64,000 nucleotides of DNA from an uncultured Candidatus Poseidoniales archaeon (GTDB lineage Archaea > Thermoplasmatota > Poseidoniia > Poseidoniales > Thalassarchaeaceae), in assembly GCA_902560445.1 (NCBI GenBank), contig CACELO010000004.1:9170-73169 (forward strand). Direction: 5' to 3'. Positions within the stretch are counted from its first letter, which is position 1; each line of letters starts with the position of its first letter. A program made the translations under genes and the position numbers. Below are positions 34,177 to 42,899 of this stretch, one piece after another. The notes below the pieces were generated by a model. It was given only the letters and a program-made list of their open reading frames with translations, searched no databases and was not told where the DNA came from.

Positions 34177-36963
34177 TCAATCTTCGTCTTTTGATACTGC
34201 CATAGGTCCTACACCGCTGAATCCTAGACCACCGATTAGAATCATCGCTAAACCAGCAAGGTAAACGACTGCGGTAACTGCATCAATTGTTGCAGTTCCT
34301 TCAAGTTCACAATCTCCACTACCTCCAAAATCGGTCCAATACATCGGTTCCATATTGTCCAGAACTCTACATTCAAAAGTTTCAGCGTCTTCATCTGAAA
34401 TTTCGGAAAAGGTATGTATTTCAAAGACAGGATGTGTATCAACATCAATGGTAGGATTCATGTGTCCTGGACCTCTTAAATCCAAATTAAACACAGACAC
34501 TGATTTTCCATACATAGCTGCTTGAGTAATGGGTTCAACCTTGATTTCAACGGACGATCCGAAGTAAACTGGTAGTGCGCCTGGTAGAATATCTACATAG
34601 GAAGCCGAGCCAATTAATTTAGCTTGGATTTGGGTTACAGCGGGATCAATAGTTATGCTGTGAGACTTCATTTCTATTCCCTTGTAAGTCTCTGTTTCGC
34701 CGGGTACAGAGGTTCCAATCGCGTACCCTCCAATGTTTGCTTTGAACGAATTGTCGAAGTCCGCTAATCCGCCTATGGCTCCAGCGACAACGGTATCTGA
34801 ATTTCCAACATGATCTGTAAGTAATCCTAATGATGAAGTCTCTCTGTTGTCAGCTCTCCAGGGTAGATCTTCAGTTAATCCGTAGATTTCGCCATCCTCA
34901 CAAGGATAGTTTCCAGCGGAATCAGGTTCTGCTAAACTTCCGTCAGTATTCAGTTTGATGTCACAATATCCATCGCCATCAGAATTGATGTATCCCTGTA
35001 GAAGCCTTTGACCCATCGTACCATCATTAGAGTGGGACCCTGTTCCTGTGCTTACAACATAAACGTCATAATCACCGGTAGATACATTATTTGATCCATA
35101 ATAGGTAGCATTTGTCTCAAGTGTAGACCATCCAACATCCATATTGTTGATGTCATCGAAAACTACGTCTGCTACTATTGGGTCTCTCCATCCATACAGC
35201 CAATTATTAACTGGTTGTGTGAGGTATGCAGACCCTCCGTATTGGAATCCGAGCAAAGCACCAATCACCGAATTAAACATGAAGTCAGCAACCCAACTTC
35301 TCAGAGCAGCTGCTTCGTTCTCCGAAATATCATACAACTCAGCCACGTAGGCATCATCCCAAGTTGATTGGGAACCCCCTTCTCCAGTTTCTAAAGGAGT
35401 ATCTCCGGTTTGAGGCAGAGCCATTCCGGACAATTCTCCGTACATGAAAACGCTGGAATAACTGGTAGTTAGGGCATAAGGAGAGTCATAGAGTATTTCC
35501 TGTACCTTTTCAATACTTAAATCCACAGTCCCCTCATACTCAGCACGGTTTAATCCAATAGGGATGTATCCGCCTGCCACTGGCTCTTCAGCTCCAAATG
35601 ATAATTGCCACCAATCATCTGCGTTTATGGTGCCTTGTCCCCCAGCAAGAATCATTTCGAATTCGGTCGGTGTTCCCACCATGCCAATCCATTCTCCACC
35701 ATAATCTGATAGTCCCAACAATTGGGTTAATCCAATTCCATATTCAGTCATAGTACCGAACAAATCCCCCTGAGCGCCTAACAAAAATAATGCAATTCCG
35801 TTTAGTGGGATACCGCTGTAGTCCGAAACCGAAAGAAGTCCGTTTGGAATTTCAGCGTCGGGTGTTCCAAATATTACGCCATTCAAAACATCTGGGTTGG
35901 TAATGTCAACTCCACTGACTTCATCTAACCTTTCACGCAGGTCATCGACTTGAGTTAAATCAGCCATACCTCCGGCGGATAAGAACTCCTGGCCGGCAAG
36001 AGCATACACGGCCCAATCCATATGAGTTAGTTCAACAGGATCTGTTGAATCGTAGCCAAGAAGGGCTGCACGCATTGGAGTAACCGTTTCGCTTGGTTCT
36101 CCCATACCTGTAATCAGCATTGGTCCGATGTCACAAGTTAATGCAATACAAGTTCCGGTAGATGGGTCAACCGCTGTGTTTAGTATTGAATTTGCAGAAA
36201 GTGAAAAGTCGGGATTCAATACACCCATTCCAGAAGATGAGTTCCAACTATCGTATGCTACGTCTAGAATAGCAGGAGGTGCAATTGCAGCAGCGGTAGA
36301 CTGATTGTAACCAGCTTGTTGCAGTTGTGCTTCAAATCCTGAGACCATTCCCTCAATCGATTCCGCCGCCCATATTGAAGGCGCTCGATTCTGCAAATCA
36401 TTAGTGATCATGTTGTTAGCGAATCCCGCCTTGGCAAAAATTTCACCAAAGGTGATTCCAGTCGAAAGTCCCGCAATCCTTTGGGTATTCCATAATATGT
36501 TGACTTGTGTCACTTCGGTTGTCCCGGGAACCGATTCATGCTCGACTCCATCATCATCGGTCCAAGTACAATCCTCACACCATTCAAAAGAATCAAATGA
36601 GGAATATGTTATTTCGCCCGCTTCGTAATCAAAGTCGAGAATTTCATTAGTGGTAGTAACGTTGTAAATGAAAGGCCCCATTTTGGTAAATTGGTGAGGT
36701 TCCCCCGCTCCTACTTCTACAGGGTTATCGAGAGAATATGCAAAATACACCTTCTCCGAGTACGAAACCAGCCATTCGTCATCATAATCAGCAGTATAGT
36801 CTTGATTTCCATCTTCATCCAGTCCGTCGTATCCCTCTCTTACTACGTCAGCAACTCCAGCCTCAACCTGCCCGGCCACAAAGGGGGCTAAAGCCATGAA
36901 GTTTAGTCCGATTAATATTAGTCCAGTTACAGCTACTACGCTTGCCTTCTGTTGCTTGTCCAT
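34177..36963 (-). CDS. CD36 / LIMP-2 / scavenger-receptor class B-like protein with N- and C-terminal TM anchors and a large inserted region
   Basis: 928-aa ORF. TM1 VVAVTGLILIGLNFMALAPFVAG and C-terminal TM AVTAVVYLAGLAMILIGGLGF. Ordered matches to CD36-family motifs are detailed in the finding at 34177-36963. Confidence 0.6.
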   Translation of the reverse strand: MDKQQKASVVAVTGLILIGLNFMALAPFVAGQVEAGVADVVREGYDGLDEDGNQDYTADYDDEWLVSYSEKVYFAYSLDNPVEVGAGEPHQFTKMGPFIYNVTTTNEILDFDYEAGEITYSSFDSFEWCEDCTWTDDDGVEHESVPGTTEVTQVNILWNTQRIAGLSTGITFGEIFAKAGFANNMITNDLQNRAPSIWAAESIEGMVSGFEAQLQQAGYNQSTAAAIAPPAILDVAYDSWNSSSGMGVLNPDFSLSANSILNTAVDPSTGTCIALTCDIGPMLITGMGEPSETVTPMRAALLGYDSTDPVELTHMDWAVYALAGQEFLSAGGMADLTQVDDLRERLDEVSGVDITNPDVLNGVIFGTPDAEIPNGLLSVSDYSGIPLNGIALFLLGAQGDLFGTMTEYGIGLTQLLGLSDYGGEWIGMVGTPTEFEMILAGGQGTINADDWWQLSFGAEEPVAGGYIPIGLNRAEYEGTVDLSIEKVQEILYDSPYALTTSYSSVFMYGELSGMALPQTGDTPLETGEGGSQSTWDDAYVAELYDISENEAAALRSWVADFMFNSVIGALLGFQYGGSAYLTQPVNNWLYGWRDPIVADVVFDDINNMDVGWSTLETNATYYGSNNVSTGDYDVYVVSTGTGSHSNDGTMGQRLLQGYINSDGDGYCDIKLNTDGSLAEPDSAGNYPCEDGEIYGLTEDLPWRADNRETSSLGLLTDHVGNSDTVVAGAIGGLADFDNSFKANIGGYAIGTSVPGETETYKGIEMKSHSITIDPAVTQIQAKLIGSASYVDILPGALPVYFGSSVEIKVEPITQAAMYGKSVSVFNLDLRGPGHMNPTIDVDTHPVFEIHTFSEISDEDAETFECRVLDNMEPMYWTDFGGSGDCELEGTATIDAVTAVVYLAGLAMILIGGLGFSGVGPMAVSKDED

Positions 36964-37070
36964 GGTATCACTCTATCAGCTCACGTATGCATTGAGGAAA
37001 TAAGCGATTCTATTCCGATGTTACCTAGTGTTACAGAGCACACCTTGTAGATTCCCCTGAAATCTTTAAT

Positions 37071-38726
37071 TCAAGCAAAGCCAAATGCATCTAACTCTCT
37101 AGCGAAGGTGTACATCATGATAGGCACTAAAATAACCCCCATTCCATGTGACCTTCGTATCCCAATTCTTGGCGCCATAAGTCCGATCATTGTTCCAATG
37201 ACTAATGTCCCGACGCCAATCCAATCTGTAGAAATCCAAACTAAAATTGTAATGAAGGCACTGACGGAAATAACTAGGTTTCTGAGAGGTACCAATTCAT
37301 GCATTTTCAACATACCCTTTCCAACCTCGATCATTACCGGAACAGCAAATAGTCCCGCGGCTACTGTAATAGCCAGAAGTCTGACGAAATCAGCAGGCGG
37401 CTCTACAGCATTCCACATGTCAATTGGATACATCATATTGAGTGCTAAGGCTGCTCCTGAGCGAGGCCTTCCTACCATGTAAAGGAAGCCTAGAACCATC
37501 ACTGTAACAGCGGTGTTGACTGAGGACAGAATTGCAATAATTTCCATGTCTCGTTGTTGATTATTATTTACTAAATCTAAGTCGGGTGCTGCGCCCGCTT
37601 CGGAAAGAGCCTCTTGGAATAATAAACGATCATCTTCTGCTAGTTCTTCCATGCCCTCAAAAGCCATCATTTGGGGCATCTGTTCAAATCCAGGCTGGGT
37701 TCCATGCTCAAAGTCTGCTGGTATGTAATTCGGGTCAGTCAATTTACCCCAAAAGTTTCGTGCACTCATAACTACGACAGTTGCCTGTGCAGCTGTCATT
37801 CCAGGGAGTATTGCCATTACTGAGGATACCACTGCTGAAAGGAATGTTGGAATTGCTAGAGGTTTAGGATCTGGTAATTCCCAATTTTGTTCTTGTGGAG
37901 GAATCTCACTTGTTGTTACATAGATATCGATTAGGTTTGCAATTCCGAATAATCCCGCCAAGCTCGGGAATAATAGTGAGGCGGATGGAATTCCAACGGG
38001 TGATCGGGCAGGTAATTCGAATACAGCCCATCCATAAAATCCAGTTAGTAAGAAATAGGCTGAGGCTACTAATATTCCAGCAACTCTCGAACTTCCTCCA
38101 AGTCGGAAGTCGATTGCATCATATCGTCTTCGAATACTGAGTCGTCCCATCGGTATTGTAAATTCTAATGGTTTCTTCAATGGCCATTTCAGTTTCTGTG
38201 TAATTTTTTGTGACCATACTGGCCATGGTAATCGAGTAGTCTCTGTCAAAATCAAAAATATAGAAATGAATAATAGAATCCATGGTAATTGTTCCCGGCT
38301 GGCTTCATACAAACCTAATCCGGGATTTTCTCCGAAAAGTAAGCGCGCGATAATCAGTAGAGGGATGGACATCAGCATACCCATCTGCGAGCCACGAGCC
38401 GAATATGCAACACCTTGAGCAGCTTGTCCCGAAATCAACATCCTGTGACCTGGAAGCAAAGCAAGCGCCATGTTGTCATCAGGCGCCCCTACTAAGGCGC
38501 TTGGAATGTAATTTAGGAATGTGTGCACAGTTCCACAGGCAACGATAATTCCTGCAACCGCGTCTAGAGGGATTCCTATCCCCACCGCAACAGGAGAGAG
38601 TGACAATGCAATCAAAGCAACATTATTTACGTGAAATCCGGGAATTAAACCCGTTAAACACCCAAGGAATATTCCGAATATAAATGACCCAATTAACCAA
38701 CCAAAATCGATTAACCATGGGTCCAT
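37071..38726 (-). CDS. Polytopic membrane protein, TctA/DUF112-like (tentative)
   Basis: 551-aa ORF with more than 10 TM segments. Duplicated G..PG motifs (LTGLIPGFHVNN, MAILPGMTAAQA) are reminiscent of the TctA family. A roughly 60-aa acidic loop is inserted in the middle. Confidence 0.45.
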   Translation of the reverse strand: MDPWLIDFGWLIGSFIFGIFLGCLTGLIPGFHVNNVALIALSLSPVAVGIGIPLDAVAGIIVACGTVHTFLNYIPSALVGAPDDNMALALLPGHRMLISGQAAQGVAYSARGSQMGMLMSIPLLIIARLLFGENPGLGLYEASREQLPWILLFISIFLILTETTRLPWPVWSQKITQKLKWPLKKPLEFTIPMGRLSIRRRYDAIDFRLGGSSRVAGILVASAYFLLTGFYGWAVFELPARSPVGIPSASLLFPSLAGLFGIANLIDIYVTTSEIPPQEQNWELPDPKPLAIPTFLSAVVSSVMAILPGMTAAQATVVVMSARNFWGKLTDPNYIPADFEHGTQPGFEQMPQMMAFEGMEELAEDDRLLFQEALSEAGAAPDLDLVNNNQQRDMEIIAILSSVNTAVTVMVLGFLYMVGRPRSGAALALNMMYPIDMWNAVEPPADFVRLLAITVAAGLFAVPVMIEVGKGMLKMHELVPLRNLVISVSAFITILVWISTDWIGVGTLVIGTMIGLMAPRIGIRRSHGMGVILVPIMMYTFARELDAFGFA

Positions 38727-38735
38727 CCAAACACC

Positions 38736-40325
38736 TCACCGAATATCTATACAGAATTGCATTGTATTATCCACAGAATCTTCTGTGGTAGATAATCTGC
38801 CTGTCCAATCAAGAGGACCTTGCCCCTCAGTTTGGCTAGACTCAGTACCATCTCCTAGTAAACAGATACTTTCGTCTGAACCGGATCTCTGAATCCATTG
38901 GTTACCTTCCTCGTCCATAACGGCCTCTCCGTTAATCACGACAAGTTTTCCAATATCCCATTTCCATGAGTTGTAACCATCTCCCCAGTTTAGAGTGATT
39001 GGTGCTGGTGCTTGACCGAGAGACCAAGAACGAGCTTCAAGAATCACTCGACCCTCGCTTTCTGACCAAATTATTGTAGCATTGAAGCGTATTGATTGAC
39101 CCCCTTCGATATATTCTGCGTGCTCACCGATTAGATGTATTCTGAGTTTGGTCTGCCTAGAGAAGTAATCCGAGCCATCTCCAACATATCCTTTGTCATA
39201 ATCCGGAGATATAGGGTCCGTAATCCATCCTTCAAATGTATGATTCTGATTTAGATAATCAAATGGATTCTCGGCAACATCGAGTAGTGGAGTCACATCA
39301 TCTCCAAAGTTGCCAGCGGTATTTTCGGCTGAGTATCCATCAAGCCGTAGACAGATGGTTGCTTCATCTGTTGACCAAATTAATCGTCCAAACCATTTTT
39401 GTTCAACACCCTCTAATCCCTCATCTAGAACATCCTCTGAAGGTAATAAACAAAGCCGGTCTGTAGGTGATTCGCCAATTAACCACCAACTACCCGATGA
39501 TTGAGTTGCGGTTCCATCTATTGACACATTCTTTCCAACTTCATAGGTCAACGTGTAGGGTTCTAATTCCCAAGACAAATCAACAACCGCTCCTTGGTTA
39601 AGAACTTCTATGGCGGTTGCTTGGACAAGTAATCTCCAACGTAGAGAACGTTGGTCATATTGTAACCAACCAGATATTTCTACATGACTTCCAGCTTCAA
39701 TCCAATCGATTACTCTCCCCTCGACTTGCATATACAATAGATGGTCTGCATTACCATAGGAGGGGTTATCCATAAGGCTCAATGAATGATATGTCACATC
39801 AGGCTCAAGAGGTTCAGACAAATAGCCATCTACTTTTACAGACAAGTTGGCAAATTCTTGGGGATTCATTGCAACCTCGACTAATTGCATAGCAGTATAT
39901 TCTATGGAGTAACAATCCGAATCAGCACATTCTATGGCACCATATCCATTAGATGACAACCAAATTCTTCCGTTCCATTCAGTCACTTCTCCTTCCACTG
40001 TTATTATTGTTCCAATTGGAGGGATATCGTTATCTCTATCTACAAACCATCGAACTTCGACTACTGAGTGACCATCAACTTCTCGAACTTGCAGATCTAT
40101 CCTGTCCGCCTGTTCACCGTAAGGGTCTACGACAAAACTGGTCAGTACTCCTTTGACCTTGACAGTCTCTCTTGGGTATTCGTGAATTTCGTCTATGTCA
40201 ATCAAATCCGGCTCACGGATAACCGCGTAGAAATTCATTGTTGATACTAGCAAAAGAGACGTGAAGAACATCACCCAAAGCTTGGCCATGAGTCTCGGAT
40301 GGGTTTCTAATGCTTGAATATTCAC
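38736..40325 (-). CDS. Membrane-anchored extracellular protein with about 4-5 OB-fold-like repeats (tentative)
   Basis: 529-aa ORF with N-terminal TM LWVMFFTSLLLVSTMNFYAV. Repeated units of the type V.V.G.L.......(variable)....V.G.V..W.GR. The gap to the TctA-like gene is 9 nt. Confidence 0.4.
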   Translation of the reverse strand: MNIQALETHPRLMAKLWVMFFTSLLLVSTMNFYAVIREPDLIDIDEIHEYPRETVKVKGVLTSFVVDPYGEQADRIDLQVREVDGHSVVEVRWFVDRDNDIPPIGTIITVEGEVTEWNGRIWLSSNGYGAIECADSDCYSIEYTAMQLVEVAMNPQEFANLSVKVDGYLSEPLEPDVTYHSLSLMDNPSYGNADHLLYMQVEGRVIDWIEAGSHVEISGWLQYDQRSLRWRLLVQATAIEVLNQGAVVDLSWELEPYTLTYEVGKNVSIDGTATQSSGSWWLIGESPTDRLCLLPSEDVLDEGLEGVEQKWFGRLIWSTDEATICLRLDGYSAENTAGNFGDDVTPLLDVAENPFDYLNQNHTFEGWITDPISPDYDKGYVGDGSDYFSRQTKLRIHLIGEHAEYIEGGQSIRFNATIIWSESEGRVILEARSWSLGQAPAPITLNWGDGYNSWKWDIGKLVVINGEAVMDEEGNQWIQRSGSDESICLLGDGTESSQTEGQGPLDWTGRLSTTEDSVDNTMQFCIDIR

Positions 40326-40443
40326 TGAAGGTAAGCAGAGATATTCAAGCTAAATTCAACTTCTTGAGGTGCCTTTTAGCGCCGTATTTCTCTTGTATCA
40401 AGAGAATAAGGTTCATCTCGCAGTTGTTGTCGAGTGATTAGTA

Positions 40444-40520
40444 GGACCCGTAGCTCAGTTGGTTAGAGCGCTCGGCTCATAACCGAGTGGCCATCGGTTC
40501 AAATCCGGTCGGGTCCACCA
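40444..40520 (+). tRNA. tRNA with CAT anticodon (elongator Met type; the Ile2 alternative is not excluded), CCA encoded
   Basis: Hand fold. Acceptor GGACCCG/CGGGTCC. D-stem GCTC/GAGC. Anticodon stem CTCGG/CCGAG with loop CTCATAA. T-arm ATCGG-TTCAAAT-CCGGT. The G1:C72 pair argues against an initiator. Confidence 0.9.
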
Positions 40521-40662
40521 AAATCTCCTAGTTAAAATCAGCTATTCCGAGCAAAAATACCACAAAATCATTATTGATTCAAATTAGAAAAAGGGGTTAG
40601 AAATTGCATTACAGCGAAGCCGACGGTGCTAACCCATAAATACGGCCTAAGTCGGCCATTGG

Positions 40663-41604
40663 ATGATGAGCACTGGAAGTAAGGTTCGTCGTGCCCTAAT
40701 GATATTGCTAGTGTACTTTCTCAGCACATGGGCTGCCGCTGCACCTGTACAAGCTCAAGGAGCAGTTCCAGACATCACCTTGACATGCGACCAACCTCAA
40801 CCAATCGACGTCTATCCAGGAGCTACAAGATCAAGCATAATCAACTGCCGAATTGAGAACCCAACCGTTCACCAGGAAAAGGTAAGAATCCAAATTCAAG
40901 CGGGTGTACTAGCCTTCTCTGGTCCGGCTACAATGTCAATTGGAGGAGGCTCTGAGGTGTCCTTCCAAGTTCTAGTCAGGGCCGAACTCCGAGCTCCAGA
41001 AGGTCAACACCAAGTAACTGTCAGTGCCGAAGTGACAATGGCGAATGGAGTTCCGGTTACCAGTGAACCGTCAGCCGCTAACGTCATGGCGATTATTCGT
41101 CAGTTTAGCCGTCTTCGAGTAGCGTCTGAAGTCGCTTTCTTACAATTACGACCTAAGGTAGATTACAACCTAGTATTCGACGTCTACAACGATGGAAATG
41201 CGTTAGATCGATTTAATATCCAAATCGAAAACTACGATCAACTAAATGATGACGGATTCCAACTAAGTATTCCACTTGTTAGCGTTGAAATCGAATCTAT
41301 GGCGCCTCCGGAGAAGATTAGAGTACAGATGAGAACTCCAAAGAATCAAGGTTGGACGGATACGTATTTCTCTTTACAATTCAAAGCAACGTCAGAATAT
41401 TCGGTCAGAACAGAAGGTATACCTAATTACCAAATCCAAACAATGACTGTTTACATTAGAGGTGTTTATCTTCCAGGCTTCGAATTGATTGGTACAATGA
41501 TGATTACTGCATTAGCAGCAGCTGCATTTGCAGGCCGATCTACAAGACTAACCAATGAAGAGGAATCAGACGAGTTAGAACCTCTGGATGCTCGTTTGTT
41601 CTAA
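40663..41604 (+). CDS. Secreted two-domain beta-sandwich (CARDB/NEW3-like) protein with a PGF-like C-terminal anchor followed by an acidic tail
   Basis: 313-aa ORF. Signal peptide ending APVQAQG. FDVYNDGNALDRFNIQIEN-type strands. C-terminus LPGFELIGTMMITALAAAAFAGRSTRLTNEEESDELEPLDARLF. Confidence 0.5.
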   Translation: MMSTGSKVRRALMILLVYFLSTWAAAAPVQAQGAVPDITLTCDQPQPIDVYPGATRSSIINCRIENPTVHQEKVRIQIQAGVLAFSGPATMSIGGGSEVSFQVLVRAELRAPEGQHQVTVSAEVTMANGVPVTSEPSAANVMAIIRQFSRLRVASEVAFLQLRPKVDYNLVFDVYNDGNALDRFNIQIENYDQLNDDGFQLSIPLVSVEIESMAPPEKIRVQMRTPKNQGWTDTYFSLQFKATSEYSVRTEGIPNYQIQTMTVYIRGVYLPGFELIGTMMITALAAAAFAGRSTRLTNEEESDELEPLDARLF

Positions 41605-41693
41605 CCAACGATAGTATATCTTCTGCCACCTATGGTGGCATTGGGTTGATAACCAACGCTGATGACGCCTTGGCCAATTGAGAGGTTACTGGT

Positions 41694-42899
41694 ATGAGTG
41701 ATGGCGGATTGCTTCAGAAGGCTATGGACGTACAACAACCGGCAGATGAGATAGTCGCTGTAGCGGCTCCAGAAGTGGAAAAAAAGACCTTAATCCCTAA
41801 TTCTCTCTTTATCGGAATTGGTTTGGCAGTTGTGTCAATCGTCTCGATGTGGCTATACTCACTACCCTCAATACAGAGTGATTATGCTTTTGCAATCATA
41901 GTTCCAATTCTATTAGCTGGAGCAGGATGGTTCTTTATCTGGGATGGGGCAAATCGGAAATACACAGGAGTTATTTCTGTAACCATCTTGCTTCTCCTTG
42001 CATCACCATTCATATCCAGTAGTTTCTTTTCTAGCTCAATTACGATAACGGATAGCGATTTATCTCCAGACGCTGAAACAATAACTCTCACAATCAGAGA
42101 ATCGGGTGGATTATTCGGCGGTTCTACTGGCGATGCTGATGTGTCGATAACCTACGGAGGAGAAAAAGTATGGGAATCAGTTATGCCTTTGTCAATAAAC
42201 TTCAATGATGGTATCGGAAAATATGGCAGATTGGTTCTTCCAATAGATGAATTCTATTCTGGTAACGCGGCTGATGATTCTCGTTACTTAGTAACTGTTG
42301 ATTCAGGTAGTTCCTCAGACTCTTTCATATTGAATCCGGGTCACTTGGAAAGAACTGTTGACACAACACAAAATCTCGCGGTTGGCGCCATGGGCCAAGG
42401 AAATGACTGCTCCGGAAATAAGGACAGTTGTGTTATTGGAGTAGGGCTGAAAGCTTGGGTTGGATTACAAACCAACGTAGGAAACCCTCCCGCACCTTTA
42501 CCTCATGCTAACTTTGAACTTACAGCGACCCTGACAAAGGATGGTGTAACTGCTATTTCCTACCCAACTGTCACAGTAATTAATGGCGAAGCAACTTGGG
42601 ATTCTATGAGCGGTGAATATGGGTCAGGTTCGTCAGTTGTAGGGGATTTTGGTTCAGAGATAATTCTCGATGGTTCCGTAGAAGATATTGCAATTAACAT
42701 GCAATTCATACCTAGAGATGATTGGCAAGAGTCTGATTTTGGCTGCTATGAGTTTACGGTATCTGCAACTCAAGGGCCGCCGTGGGGTGATCGCACAGCC
42801 CATGTTTCTACGACATTTTACGAACTTGCAGAATTTGGTGGAGAAGACGAAAATGGACCTCAAACAGATGAGTCTTGGACTCAAGTCTCGAGCTGCTAG
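41694..42899 (+). CDS. Hypothetical membrane protein (3 N-terminal TM segments + about 270-aa extracellular domain)
   Basis: 401-aa ORF. I recognise no family. Its stop overlaps the convergent gene's stop within the palindrome CTAG (42896-42899). Confidence 0.5.
   Translation: MSDGGLLQKAMDVQQPADEIVAVAAPEVEKKTLIPNSLFIGIGLAVVSIVSMWLYSLPSIQSDYAFAIIVPILLAGAGWFFIWDGANRKYTGVISVTILLLLASPFISSSFFSSSITITDSDLSPDAETITLTIRESGGLFGGSTGDADVSITYGGEKVWESVMPLSINFNDGIGKYGRLVLPIDEFYSGNAADDSRYLVTVDSGSSSDSFILNPGHLERTVDTTQNLAVGAMGQGNDCSGNKDSCVIGVGLKAWVGLQTNVGNPPAPLPHANFELTATLTKDGVTAISYPTVTVINGEATWDSMSGEYGSGSSVVGDFGSEIILDGSVEDIAINMQFIPRDDWQESDFGCYEFTVSATQGPPWGDRTAHVSTTFYELAEFGGEDENGPQTDESWTQVSSC

Noticed and set aside
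40326-40662. tRNA-Met (CAT) with its 337-bp spacer, considered as an integration hotspot or ncRNA locus. It includes the palindrome TTCTCTTG-TAT-CAAGAGAA at 40388-40406.
   Set aside because: I found no duplicate of the tRNA 3' end nearby, although my by-eye search was not exhaustive. I saw no C/D-box or other ncRNA signature. The palindrome alone is insufficient.
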